This document shows, piece after piece, positions 1 to 9,640 of a DNA stretch of 64,000 nt. Under the pieces are notes generated by a model, which saw only the letters and a list, made by a program, of their open reading frames with translations, was not told the origin of the DNA and did no database searches. Origin of the DNA: a virus (Duplodnaviria > Caudoviricetes); the IMG/VR virus record IMGVR_UViG_3300032324_000909, positions 64,001 to 128,000 of that record; one strand, written 5' to 3'. Made by a program: the position numbers and the translations under genes. The stretch's first letter is position 1. Every line of letters begins with the position of its first letter.

Positions 1-1
1 C

Positions 2-391
2 AAATCAACTTGTGATGACTGCACCAATTCTGTCTGTCCTCCAGACACTTGTTTTGCTGTCTATAAGGTCGGAGGACTTGGCTTTGGCCCAATGGGAACG
101 ACCTGCATAGGTTGCGACCCTATTTTTATAGGCTACATCACAGCAGAAGAAGGTGCTGGATCTTTTGTTACTGTAGAATGCGGTCCGGTTAATCAGTATA
201 ATAGTGTTGAGGCTGCTGGAGTAAATTCAAACGGAGTTGTTGTATCTTATAAAAACGCATTTTCAAATACCATTGATATAACCTACGACGATTGTGTTAA
301 TGGAGTTTTTTCCAATGTGTTCGTGCCACCTGATATGCCTTGCCCCTACTACGATTACACCTATCCGAGCTTTACTTGCCCTCCAGAATGA
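2..391 (+). CDS. Cys-rich hypothetical protein, 5'-truncated by window edge
   Basis: Frame is open from base 2 (KSTCDDCTNSVCPPDTC...) through the 92..391 ORF; its stop overlaps the next ATG (ATGA at 388-391). Confidence 0.6.
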   Translation, partial: KSTCDDCTNSVCPPDTCFAVYKVGGLGFGPMGTTCIGCDPIFIGYITAEEGAGSFVTVECGPVNQYNSVEAAGVNSNGVVVSYKNAFSNTIDITYDDCVNGVFSNVFVPPDMPCPYYDYTYPSFTCPPE

Positions 392-795
392 CGCATTGCC
401 AATACGCATCTCAGTTAGTTGAAAGAGGCCAGATTTTTTGTTCTCTGGGTCTTTACGATGGACAACCATTGGCGAGGAATTGTAGTCGGTGTCTCTTTGA
501 AAGACACACTAATACAAATGCCATTACTTCGACAGATCACTCCCTACTCCACAAGGCTTCATTATTAGCCCACAGCATTGCGCCTTGGGCAATCAACGGA
601 TTTAAGCTGGTTGACGAAGCAACCTTGGCAAGCCGCCTAGACATTTGCAAGGGTTGCGAGTTTTGGGATCAAGCTGGATTTGCTGGCACAGGCAAGTGCA
701 AGAAGTGCGGTTGTAGCACTCAGGCAAAGCTAAGGATGGATACTAGTGTCTGTCCATTAACGCCACCAAAATGGGGGACTGTTATCCAGAAATAG
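388..795 (+). CDS. Cys-rich putative metal-binding protein (DUF6171-like C-terminus)
   Basis: ATG at 388 coupled to upstream stop; RLDICKGC...CKKCGC...K...CPL..PKW pattern. Confidence 0.6.
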   Translation: MTHCQYASQLVERGQIFCSLGLYDGQPLARNCSRCLFERHTNTNAITSTDHSLLHKASLLAHSIAPWAINGFKLVDEATLASRLDICKGCEFWDQAGFAGTGKCKKCGCSTQAKLRMDTSVCPLTPPKWGTVIQK

Positions 796-797
796 GA

Positions 798-1013
798 TTA
801 ATGCTCATACTTATCACATTTTTCACAATGTTGTATATAAGAGAGTGGGAAAATATTTCTTAAATTACATTTATATCCTGAAACATTATTCATAGAACAG
901 CAAGACTGTTTAGTAATTTTTTCACTTGTTCTGAATAAACATGTTTCAAATTTTGAAATTCCTAATTCATGCGTGGGGTTGTTGTCCTGAGCAATGCTTT
1001 CAACGTGTTTCAT
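798..1013 (-). CDS. small Cys-rich protein (paralog of 12778..12963)
   Basis: CxFR...CC...GYKC..RNIF...CEKCDKYE; start overlaps stop of 1013..1834. Confidence 0.65.
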   Translation of the reverse strand: MKHVESIAQDNNPTHELGISKFETCLFRTSEKITKQSCCSMNNVSGYKCNLRNIFPLSYIQHCEKCDKYEH

Positions 1014-1834
1014 TAAGATAATTTATTTTTACTTTTTATTCCACTAACTATAGTAAATATAGATAATGGAGGAATATCATCACAAGATGACCATGTTTCT
1101 GCGCCTTCTATACCCTTCTTTATTGCCCCATCTTTAATTTTATCGAATGATATATTATAATCATTCATTGTTTTTTGCAAAAGTGATACTGGGTCTGGGC
1201 CTGTAGATGGCTCGTATTCAGTATTCGAAACTGGGGAGTTCTTACCACCCATTTCGTCACTTCCAACAATATTAATTTTTAAGAAATTTCTAACAGCACG
1301 AACAAATGCTCTATTTTCAGCAATTGCCATTAAAAAGTTTTTTGCAAAATTATGTGTATTATCCCAATGAGCATCCGCTAGTGCAGAAAAACTGACTTTT
1401 GAATTTCTGGTTTCATAATTGCCTATCCAGTTAATCGTGCATTTTACCGCAACGTAATCCGGACGAGCCTCTATTACCTCGTATTCTACGTTTTCATAAC
1501 CACGAATTTGCGCCAGTTCTTTAATACCAGCAAGTAAAATCAGGAGCTTGTTGTCTGGAAGTGTTGATACATCTATTTCCTTTAGATTTATGTCTGGAGA
1601 ATTTTTAAAGGAATCTCTATTAGGCACTAGATGTTCAGGTTTAATCATCCCACGCCAATTAATTGTATTATCTGGATTGAATCCGTAATCTATGGAGTGT
1701 ATGAATCCATTATTATCTCTAGAAAAGCCATCTACCTTGTCTAGATAACGACTAGGTGTAGGTGCCTCTAGCTCTGCATTGAGGGAAGAATCTTTCTCTA
1801 TTGATTCTGTATTTGATAACTTTTGTCTTGCCAT
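1013..1834 (-). CDS. putative ssDNA-annealing recombinase (Rad52/Sak/Red-beta superfamily)
   Basis: LAGIKELAQIRG and ALADA...MAIAENRAFVRAVR...I..DEM motifs resemble the SSAP core; TTGACT starts 35 nt upstream of the ATG. Confidence 0.5.
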   Translation of the reverse strand: MARQKLSNTESIEKDSSLNAELEAPTPSRYLDKVDGFSRDNNGFIHSIDYGFNPDNTINWRGMIKPEHLVPNRDSFKNSPDINLKEIDVSTLPDNKLLILLAGIKELAQIRGYENVEYEVIEARPDYVAVKCTINWIGNYETRNSKVSFSALADAHWDNTHNFAKNFLMAIAENRAFVRAVRNFLKINIVGSDEMGGKNSPVSNTEYEPSTGPDPVSLLQKTMNDYNISFDKIKDGAIKKGIEGAETWSSCDDIPPLSIFTIVSGIKSKNKLS

Positions 1835-1871
1835 TTACATATTTTCTGAAAAATTTCTAAATAAGTCAAGT

Positions 1872-3050
1872 TTAATTTTCAGTATATAAGAAACAGTAAT
1901 CAACATCTTTTAAAAACTCTTTTTTATCTTTAATATCAGAGTATTTTATTGGCGCATTCGGCGCGACAATCGGTATATCGCTAAGCTGGGCACTTCTACT
2001 ATTGTAGATTTTACCATTGCTTAAAATAATTCTATTAGATTTAAATAGGGTTTCATTTTTAATTTCTAACGGTACGTTTTCAGGAGTAGAAAAATATAAA
2101 TTAATATTACAAAAGTCCATTAATTCAAATTTTCTTGTTTCTATAATATCTTCATTTGCAGAACTTTTATCTATTGTGCAGACATAATTTATGCCAAACT
2201 TCTCTAGTTTTTTTATAAAACTAATATCAACATTTTTACTAACATCGTATATTACTATTTCGATGTTTTGTTTTACATTTTCTAAATTTTCTATATTTAT
2301 GGTCTTATCAGTAACAATGACACACTTTCTTTGCGATAAATTATAAAAAGTACTAGAAAGATCACTTACGTCATCTAAATAATCAAATCTTAGATTTAAA
2401 ATGGTATCTTTAAAGAATTCTTTGTTTATAACTTGATTGGGGATACTTTCTATTATTCTATCATTATATCTAGAACCAATATAGTTCGTGGTTATATTTA
2501 TAGATTTTTTTTCAAAAAGGAGTTTTTCACATGCCTCAACCACTTCTTCTATTTTTATATTATTAACAGTTTTGGGAGACTCGTTTGGGTTAAAGCTTGG
2601 CTTGAATTTATTTGAGTATAAATTAATCTTTTTATTCGACCAGTATGGCCCAGCTATTTCTGGAGTTGTTATTCCATAAAGAGCAACTGTTGGAATGTCA
2701 AACGCGCTGGCCATGTGAACCGCGAAACTATCATTGCCCAAATGAAGTGAGGATCTTGATATTACGTATGCAGTTTGATTTATATTAGTTTTACCAGTTA
2801 AATCTAAGGCTTCGGATATTTTTCTATCTTTTTCGTCTCCTATTTGTACTACTTTATAATTGTTACTATCCAGTAATGGTTTTAAAAATTTAACAACTTC
2901 TTCAAAAAAATCATAACATTTGCCGGGCATTCCGCTACTATTTTGAATAGTTATATATTTTTCCGCATCTATTGGAAAATATTTTTTAAGTATATATGGC
3001 TTTCCTATCTTACTTGCTGTAGATAGGGCGTATGTTTCTAGTAGGTGCAA
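1872..3050 (-). CDS. GT9 (heptosyltransferase-like) C-terminal domain plus extension
   Basis: DLTGKTNINQ...LHLGNDSFAVHMASAFDIPTVALYG; TTG start preceded by GGAGG. Confidence 0.75.
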   Translation of the reverse strand: MHLLETYALSTASKIGKPYILKKYFPIDAEKYITIQNSSGMPGKCYDFFEEVVKFLKPLLDSNNYKVVQIGDEKDRKISEALDLTGKTNINQTAYVISRSSLHLGNDSFAVHMASAFDIPTVALYGITTPEIAGPYWSNKKINLYSNKFKPSFNPNESPKTVNNIKIEEVVEACEKLLFEKKSINITTNYIGSRYNDRIIESIPNQVINKEFFKDTILNLRFDYLDDVSDLSSTFYNLSQRKCVIVTDKTINIENLENVKQNIEIVIYDVSKNVDISFIKKLEKFGINYVCTIDKSSANEDIIETRKFELMDFCNINLYFSTPENVPLEIKNETLFKSNRIILSNGKIYNSRSAQLSDIPIVAPNAPIKYSDIKDKKEFLKDVDYCFLYTEN

Positions 3051-3075
3051 AATAATTCCTCCATTTTTATTGATA

Positions 3076-5007
3076 TTAATTATGTATATCTAAATCAATT
3101 TTATCAATACCATTGTGTGTATAATCTAACAATCTTTGGGTTGAAAAATATGGATGGTAAACAATATCACAATAACCATTGTCTTCTCCTCTGCCCTCCA
3201 TTGCTAGTGCGGAGTCCATTATTTCATGGTATGGTATCCACTTATCAATAAATGGGTTACCATCTATAATGTCTCTATATTCTGGCTTTGTTGCTATATA
3301 GATTTTATAAGTATCTTGAGGGTATCTTTTTCTCAAGGATTCGAATAGCGCCGTAACAAGGAAAACGTCTCCCAAGCTTTCTGGCTGAACTAGAAGAACT
3401 CTTTTAAGTCCTTCATCTTTATCAAAAATATCAGATAACTGAATGGGTTTATTTTTAATTTCTTCGTTAATGGCTACATTTCTAAAGTATTTTTCTATAT
3501 CATTCCTTTGTGCGCCAATTGATAATTGCTTTTCCCAATGTATTAGACCTTCGTCATTATTTTCAATAGATTCCCTACCTAGAATTTTGCAGTAAAGTTG
3601 TTTTATCCATTCTCTATTCTCTTCAATATGAATAATTTCAGCTTGAGGATTTGATTTAGTTTTCGAACCTTCGAAGTCAAAATCTTTTTCTTCTAGTGTT
3701 TTTAAGCTATCAATAAAATTTTCTATTTTTTCTCCATTAACGTCTATAGAGTAATTTTCCAGCGCCCACTCTCTTGAGAGTTTTTCAAGACCACGCTTCT
3801 TGTCTTTATTCATGTCATATATTTTTTTGAAAACTTGTGACATGTTTGAAGCGGATGGTTGGGATTTTAAAAACTGTGTACCATGTTCAGTATAAAAACT
3901 AAACTTGTATCCTATTGAACCCTTGTTTAATTCTATGATATCTTCCCCAAACGAGTAAGCGCAAGTAGCTATTATTTTTTCTGTTAACGCTGCTTCTACA
4001 CATGGCAACTCACAAGCTCCGGAAGTGGCTGGGTGCGAGTAAAAGCTAAAAATATTATATATTTCATTTAGCTGTTCATCAGTTATACCAAAGCCGGAAT
4101 TAGATGTTATTAGTGTTTTTTCTTTTGTTTTGGGATTTTCAATGTCTTGTCCAGTATATGGCAATATGAAATATTCTTTTGTTCTTTTGCAAATATATGT
4201 ACACAAGATTTCTTTTTTATCTACGCCGTATTGCTCACATAGTCTGTGTATATCCCAACCTTCCCCATAGTGAGTATGGGTGTATAAAAATGTATTTTTA
4301 ACCTCTGGATTAAGTCTTTTAAATTGCGCGTAAGCTTCAATTTGAGTATTAATTAGTTTTCTTAATTGATTCCTAAATACAAAACCAATAATAAATGAGT
4401 CCTCTGGTAGACCATGCTTTAGTAGAGTTTCTTTTATTTTACTTTCCGGTAACTTATAAAAGTTATCTGTATTAACTAGCGGATATTGATTTTTTACATG
4501 TGAATGATTGTATTTATGAAATACTTTTGTAGCAAAGTTACTCCATGTCCAATAATGCTTTATTTTTTTACTTTTTTCTACAGTATCCGGAAGTAGGGGG
4601 AGTGAATCAAAAGTATTCCAGCATACCGTGGGTATTGTGTTAAAGAAATTTTTCTCTACCACAAAATGCGATCCCCAAGTATCATTTACTGAAAAAATTA
4701 CGTCTGGTTTAAATTCTTTAACTATATTTTCTATTTCCATGTCACCATAAGCAGCCATCCTGCCTAGGTTTGGATCTTTTTGTATTTGATTAATTTTTGC
4801 CGGATCGCTTGGGAGTACTCCAACTGTTTTCCAAGGAAATCTATCATTATGTGGGCCATCTTTTGGTAAGCCCTGTGCGGCATTACATATTTCGTATTTT
4901 TTGGTTTTGTATAAATACTTTAATAATAATTTAGTATTTTTACCGAATCCAGTAAACGCTCCGGCATAATCGCTAAGGAATAGAACCCTCTTCTTTCTAT
5001 TTGTCAT
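3076..5007 (-). CDS. GT4-like glycosyltransferase fused to a GT9 N-terminal domain
   Basis: TGFG N-motif, RNQLRK, GACELPCVEA (GT-B); C-terminus KRVLLVQPESLGDVFLVTALFESLRKRYP is a GT9 N-domain signature. Confidence 0.75.
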   Translation of the reverse strand: MTNRKKRVLFLSDYAGAFTGFGKNTKLLLKYLYKTKKYEICNAAQGLPKDGPHNDRFPWKTVGVLPSDPAKINQIQKDPNLGRMAAYGDMEIENIVKEFKPDVIFSVNDTWGSHFVVEKNFFNTIPTVCWNTFDSLPLLPDTVEKSKKIKHYWTWSNFATKVFHKYNHSHVKNQYPLVNTDNFYKLPESKIKETLLKHGLPEDSFIIGFVFRNQLRKLINTQIEAYAQFKRLNPEVKNTFLYTHTHYGEGWDIHRLCEQYGVDKKEILCTYICKRTKEYFILPYTGQDIENPKTKEKTLITSNSGFGITDEQLNEIYNIFSFYSHPATSGACELPCVEAALTEKIIATCAYSFGEDIIELNKGSIGYKFSFYTEHGTQFLKSQPSASNMSQVFKKIYDMNKDKKRGLEKLSREWALENYSIDVNGEKIENFIDSLKTLEEKDFDFEGSKTKSNPQAEIIHIEENREWIKQLYCKILGRESIENNDEGLIHWEKQLSIGAQRNDIEKYFRNVAINEEIKNKPIQLSDIFDKDEGLKRVLLVQPESLGDVFLVTALFESLRKRYPQDTYKIYIATKPEYRDIIDGNPFIDKWIPYHEIMDSALAMEGRGEDNGYCDIVYHPYFSTQRLLDYTHNGIDKIDLDIHN

Positions 5008-5008
5008 A

Positions 5009-5452
5009 TCAGGAATATAGATTTTGCAGTGATGCTTTAATATACTCTCTTAATTTGATTGACTCTACAAGATTAAAAGCTATTCCTACTCCATCTATTT
5101 TTAATACGTGACCAATAAAAGCCCCATCTTTGATATATGGCTCGAAGAATATTGGGGTGGTCTTATCTCCATTTTTATGTACTGTTGAGAATTTTTTTTC
5201 AGAATTTGACTCTAAAACATATAGAATATTACAAAGCTCTAAATCATTTAGTTTTATTTTCTTATGTTTTTCTGCGATATTTACATTCTCCTTGAATGAC
5301 CCTGTCTTTGAAGAGTCGTTCCATGAGTGCTGCTTTAATAGGTTTACATAAAACCCATTTTTCTTCTGGTCATCTATTGCAGTTACGTTCTCAAAAGTTG
5401 CACAAGTGCCATTTCCAGATTTCTGTGGTTTATAAAACTCTATTCTTTTCAT
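5009..5452 (-). CDS. hypothetical protein, possibly PC4/Whirly-like ssDNA-binding
   Basis: Intact ORF in operon; repeated beta-beta-beta-helix pattern (FYK...KIKLNDLEL; IAFNLVES); fold call is tentative. Confidence 0.4.
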   Translation of the reverse strand: MKRIEFYKPQKSGNGTCATFENVTAIDDQKKNGFYVNLLKQHSWNDSSKTGSFKENVNIAEKHKKIKLNDLELCNILYVLESNSEKKFSTVHKNGDKTTPIFFEPYIKDGAFIGHVLKIDGVGIAFNLVESIKLREYIKASLQNLYS

Positions 5453-5471
5453 TAAAAGATGATAATAGGAA

Positions 5472-5870
5472 TTAGTGAATTTTTAAAAAATAATTTAACA
5501 CGCTATCTGTAGCCCTAATTAAAACAAAGGCAAAACCAATAAAAAGTAAACTAGATCCAGATAACAGTACTGAAAAAATAGAAAGCCACATGCCTAAACA
5601 CAACTGACATGAAAAAATCTTTAATATAAAGACTATTGTGAAATTTTTTGAAAACTGTTTCTTTTCAGATAAATACTCTATATAAGAAGAGTAGTTCATC
5701 TCGTTCACTGGCCGATTAAAATATTCTTGTATCAGTAACCATGAATAAATCTTCTTTGGACAGAGTGGTTTAAATAGTTTAACGTAGAAAGGGAAAAAGT
5801 CAGTATTAAACCATAAATGTGATATAGAAGAAAATAAAATACAGAGTAAGATTAAAATTAATATTGACAT
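5472..5870 (-). CDS. membrane protein with CxxC motif (DUF1360-like)
   Basis: Hydrophobic segments; FSCQLCLGMW motif. Confidence 0.55.
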   Translation of the reverse strand: MSILILILLCILFSSISHLWFNTDFFPFYVKLFKPLCPKKIYSWLLIQEYFNRPVNEMNYSSYIEYLSEKKQFSKNFTIVFILKIFSCQLCLGMWLSIFSVLLSGSSLLFIGFAFVLIRATDSVLNYFLKIH

Positions 5871-5908
5871 AGGTATAAAAAAATATACATATAGGTATAT
5901 ATTCGTTG

Positions 5909-5985
5909 ATTGTATGTTCGCAAGCTCACATACAATATTTACTCACGTTGTTCGTAAATGTTTATTACTCACTCCGTTCGTAATA
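5909..5985. repeat. three tandem hairpins with conserved TCRC-N2/3-GYTC loops
   Basis: ATTGTATGT-TCGCAAGCTC-ACATACAAT; ATTTAC-TCACGTTGTTC-GTAAAT; TATTAC-TCACTCCGTTC-GTAATA, in the divergent intergenic gap. Confidence 0.8.
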
Positions 5986-6067
5986 TAATTATTATTATAT
6001 TTAATATTTAAAAAATCTAATTAAATTGACTTTAAGTATAAAAAGGTTTATAACTAATCTAGTTTAA

Positions 6068-6652
6068 ATGAAAACTACAAAATCTAAAAAAATAGTCGAT
6101 GATAATTATCTAGTTAAACAGATAAAGTTAAAATCATGTAACGATAGTCTAATTGAGCTTATATCTAGGCATAGTGGCATATGCTTCTCAATTGGAAAAA
6201 AAATCTTAAATGCGTCTACTGTCCAGTTTAATGAGCTTAGTGATAATAAAGATTGGATAATATACTCTTCAGCTCTATCGTTTAAGCCAGATATGGGATC
6301 TAAATTTTCTACATGGTTAGCAAATAATGTTAAATATTTCTGTCTGAACTTAAAAAATAAAATATCAAAATATGTAAACTCCGAAGAAGATTTAATTGAA
6401 TTTCTCTTAAATAAGAATAACTGCGAAACAAGAGATTCAAATAAAGTAGAAGCTATCAATACTATTATAGATCTTTTAGACAAGATTGAAGATAAAAATA
6501 TTAAAGATGCTATCTATTACAGGTATTTATCAAATAAAAATAAAATTTTGAATTATGCAGAAGTTGCTAAGATTCTTAACGTTACGCCTCAAACAGCCCT
6601 GAATTGGCACAACAAATTCATAGATCTAGCGAAAAAAAAATTGACATCGTGA
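6068..6652 (+). CDS. phage RNA polymerase sigma factor (sigma70 family, regions 2 and 4)
   Basis: FKPDMGSKFSTWL (region 2) and NYAEVAKILNVTPQTALNW (region 4 HTH). Confidence 0.8.
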   Translation: MKTTKSKKIVDDNYLVKQIKLKSCNDSLIELISRHSGICFSIGKKILNASTVQFNELSDNKDWIIYSSALSFKPDMGSKFSTWLANNVKYFCLNLKNKISKYVNSEEDLIEFLLNKNNCETRDSNKVEAINTIIDLLDKIEDKNIKDAIYYRYLSNKNKILNYAEVAKILNVTPQTALNWHNKFIDLAKKKLTS

Positions 6653-6669
6653 AACATTAATATTATAAT
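6641..6669 (+). promoter_or_regulatory. consensus sigma70 promoter
   Basis: TTGACA-17 nt-TATAAT, 10 nt before ATG 6680. Confidence 0.8.
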
Positions 6670-6679
6670 TTGAATTGTT

Positions 6680-6952
6680 ATGGAAAATACAAACACATCA
6701 AACAAGCCGAAGCTAGAAGAAGCTGGAGCACTATGGAAGCGCGTTAGTAAGAGTGGTACCACCTACCTAAACGGTAGCGTAAAGACCAAGGACGGTCAGG
6801 AAATCAAGTTGCTTATTTTTAGCAACTCTAATAAGCCAGAGGGTTCTAACCAGCCTGATTATAGGGTTTATTTTGATAACCCAGTCGGCACAAGCAACTC
6901 CGCACCTGTTAAGCAGGCTAAGCCAGAGAAGTCAGACGAGATTCCTTTCTAA
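6680..6952 (+). CDS. DUF736-like ssDNA-binding protein with SSB-type acidic tail
   Basis: GALWKR...YLNGS...QPDYRV core; C-terminus DEIPF like bacterial SSB. Confidence 0.7.
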   Translation: MENTNTSNKPKLEEAGALWKRVSKSGTTYLNGSVKTKDGQEIKLLIFSNSNKPEGSNQPDYRVYFDNPVGTSNSAPVKQAKPEKSDEIPF

Positions 6953-6956
6953 TCTT

Positions 6957-8045
6957 GTGAAGATAGCCCTACACCTACCTCTTAATTCGACATCTCTAGG
7001 GCAAGTAAGTCTTTCCATCCTGCGAGAAATATATTCTCGTGGGATGGAAGTCTGCCTATTTCCGATTGGAGAGATAGACTTATCTACTCAAAAACACGAT
7101 TCTAACTTTTTCGAGTGGATACAAAAAAGTGTTCTTTCTTCTAATAAAAAGCATAATAGAAATGTTCCAGTATTCAAACTGTGGCACATATCTGGTAGCT
7201 TAGAAAGTTTTTCAGACAAACAAGTTCTTCTTAGTTTTTACGAACTAGATTCCCCAACCGAGACAGAAATAAACATTGTAAAAAATAATTCCAATGTTTT
7301 ACTATCCAGTAATTACTCTGTAGATATATTTTTTTGGGCTGGATGTGAAAATGTTAAATTTATTCCATTAGCTTTTGACGATACCCATTTTAACTTAACA
7401 GAAAAAGAACAAAATAATGATATAATTCAATTTGGAATGTTTGGAAAATTAGAGCCAAGCAGAAAACGTCACTTGAAAATCCTAACCTCTTGGGTGAGAA
7501 AGTATGGTAACAAACAGGGGTATATGTTAAATTGCAACATATTTAATAGGTTTTTAGACCCCAACACGCAATCTCAGCTGATCATGCAAGCACTGAATGG
7601 ACAAAAATATTGGAATATAAATTTTATTCCATATATTGGCCCAAATGAAACTTATAATAAATTCATTAATAATAATGACATAGCAATTGCCATGAGTGGC
7701 GGCGAAGGTTGGGGACTGCCAGAGTTTCAGAGCGTGGCCCTAGGCAAGCACTGCGTAGGTTTAAATGCCCATGCCTATAAAGACTGGATGACAGATAAAA
7801 ATACAGTTCTAATAAATCCATCTGGAAAAATCCCAGTATATGACAATATGTTCTTTAAAGAGGGCATGGATATTAATCAAGGAAATATCTTCGACTGGAA
7901 TGAAGACGACTTTATCAATGGACTAGAAGAAGTTGAGAAAAGGTTTAGAAATAACCCTGTAAATACCGATGGTCTAGAACTTCAAAATAAATTTACCTAT
8001 AAAAAAATGGTAGATTCAATACTAGAAATAATGAAATCACTATGA
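6957..8045 (+). CDS. glycosyltransferase family 4 (GT-B)
   Basis: GKLEPSRK, SGGEGWGLPEF motif; GTG start at 6957 just after upstream stop. Confidence 0.75.
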   Translation: MKIALHLPLNSTSLGQVSLSILREIYSRGMEVCLFPIGEIDLSTQKHDSNFFEWIQKSVLSSNKKHNRNVPVFKLWHISGSLESFSDKQVLLSFYELDSPTETEINIVKNNSNVLLSSNYSVDIFFWAGCENVKFIPLAFDDTHFNLTEKEQNNDIIQFGMFGKLEPSRKRHLKILTSWVRKYGNKQGYMLNCNIFNRFLDPNTQSQLIMQALNGQKYWNINFIPYIGPNETYNKFINNNDIAIAMSGGEGWGLPEFQSVALGKHCVGLNAHAYKDWMTDKNTVLINPSGKIPVYDNMFFKEGMDINQGNIFDWNEDDFINGLEEVEKRFRNNPVNTDGLELQNKFTYKKMVDSILEIMKSL

Positions 8046-8215
8046 CAACTGAAAATACTGACAATTCAAATAATAAAGATATAGAATTAATAAAATCTGC
8101 ATCAGAATCTTTACAACAGATAGTGTTTAAAGATGGGACATCTTATTTTAGAATGCCAAATGGTCAACTGGTAAGATCTTCCAAACGTGCGTATATAATT
8201 AGAAAAGAAAAGTAA
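8042..8215 (+). CDS. 57-aa hypothetical protein (not in ORF track)
   Basis: ATGA-coupled start; MTTENTDNSNNKDIELIK...YFRMPNGQLVR...; fills the gap. Confidence 0.5.
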   Translation: MTTENTDNSNNKDIELIKSASESLQQIVFKDGTSYFRMPNGQLVRSSKRAYIIRKEK

Positions 8216-8219
8216 AATT

Positions 8220-8537
8220 GTGGCAAATTACGTTTTTGAACATCCCAAAACTGGACAAACTATAGAATTATCATTCGGAATGAATGATAAGAAGTTTTAT
8301 ATAGATGAGAATGGTACGGAGTGGAATCGTGTTTATTTTCCAACATTATTTGCCTTTGACACTAAAATAGACCCACATGACTCCAAGGCTTTTGTTAAAA
8401 AAACAGATAAGGGTGGCACATTGGGAGATATTATGGATTTGTCTAAAGAAATGAGTGAAAGAAGGGGTGGTAAAAAAAACGACCCAGTAAAGAAAGAATT
8501 CTCTAAAGATTGGAAAAAACGCAGAAAGATGCAATAG
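8220..8537 (+). CDS. FmdB-like small regulatory-type protein (Cys-less variant)
   Basis: MANYVFEHPKTG...WNRVY pattern resembles phage FmdB-like proteins. Confidence 0.45.
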   Translation: MANYVFEHPKTGQTIELSFGMNDKKFYIDENGTEWNRVYFPTLFAFDTKIDPHDSKAFVKKTDKGGTLGDIMDLSKEMSERRGGKKNDPVKKEFSKDWKKRRKMQ

Positions 8538-8642
8538 TACAATCAAATTTTTTAAATATTACCCCAAAATTTTAAGTTTTTCATTTTTTATTTTCAATGC
8601 TGTCCAATATATTGTAATATTACTACAACACTATAGTATAAT

Positions 8643-9614
8643 ATGATATTTCAAGAACAGATTTCCAGAAAACCAAACTTATACCCTTGGGTAGATAGTT
8701 TTATCGAGTCAATGCATAATGGGTTTTGGACAGATAAAGAATTCTCTTTTAAATCAGATATACAGCAATTTAAGGTAAATCTCTCTGAGCAAGAGAGGGA
8801 AATTATTATTCGCACCCTATCGGCCATTGGGCAGATAGAAGTAGCTGTAAAGACCTTTTGGGCAAAATTAGGGGAAAATCTCCCACACCCATCGCTTCAA
8901 GATCTTGGCTATGTAATGGCCAATGTGGAGGTTATTCATAATAACGCATATGAAAGGCTGATTTCTGTATTGGGACTGGAAGAGATCTTTGAACAGAACC
9001 TTAAATTAGAGTGGATACAAGGCCGTGTAAAATACCTAAGAAAATATACCCATAGATTCTATAAGGATAGCAAGAAACAGTATTTATATGCTTTAATTCT
9101 TTTTACTCTTTTTGTGGAAAATGTATCCCTGTTTTCCCAGTTTTACGTAATTAACTGGTTTGCGCGCTTCAAAAATGTGCTAAAAGACACTGATCAGCAG
9201 GTAAAGTATACCCGTAATGAAGAAAATATTCATGCACTAGTTGGTATTAAATTAATTAATACTATTCGTCAGGAATATCCAGAGTTATTCGACTCTGAAT
9301 TAGAGGAAAAAATTAATAAGGAAGCATTACAGGCATTCGAGTCAGAGTCTAAAATTGTAGACTGGATGGTAAACGGAATTAAAGAAGAGGGGCTTAATGC
9401 AGATATTTTAAAGGAATTTATTAAAAATAGAATTAATGAATCTCTCTTACAAATTGGTTTTAAAAAAGCCTTTGATGTTGACATGGAATTGATAAAAAAA
9501 ACCAAATGGTTTGAAGAGGAGCTTTTGGGGAATAATATGACTGATTTTTTTCACAGTAGACCAGTAGAGTATTCAAAGAAAAATCAATCTTTTGACGAAG
9601 ATGACTTGTTTTAA
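8643..9614 (+). CDS. nrdB: ribonucleotide reductase beta subunit (class Id-like)
   Basis: QIEVAVK, EVIHNNAY, ENVSLFSQF, EENIH metal-ligand motifs; DFF..RPVEYS tail. Confidence 0.95.
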   Translation: MIFQEQISRKPNLYPWVDSFIESMHNGFWTDKEFSFKSDIQQFKVNLSEQEREIIIRTLSAIGQIEVAVKTFWAKLGENLPHPSLQDLGYVMANVEVIHNNAYERLISVLGLEEIFEQNLKLEWIQGRVKYLRKYTHRFYKDSKKQYLYALILFTLFVENVSLFSQFYVINWFARFKNVLKDTDQQVKYTRNEENIHALVGIKLINTIRQEYPELFDSELEEKINKEALQAFESESKIVDWMVNGIKEEGLNADILKEFIKNRINESLLQIGFKKAFDVDMELIKKTKWFEEELLGNNMTDFFHSRPVEYSKKNQSFDEDDLF

Positions 9615-9640
9615 TTGATAAAAAAGTATATCATATACAA

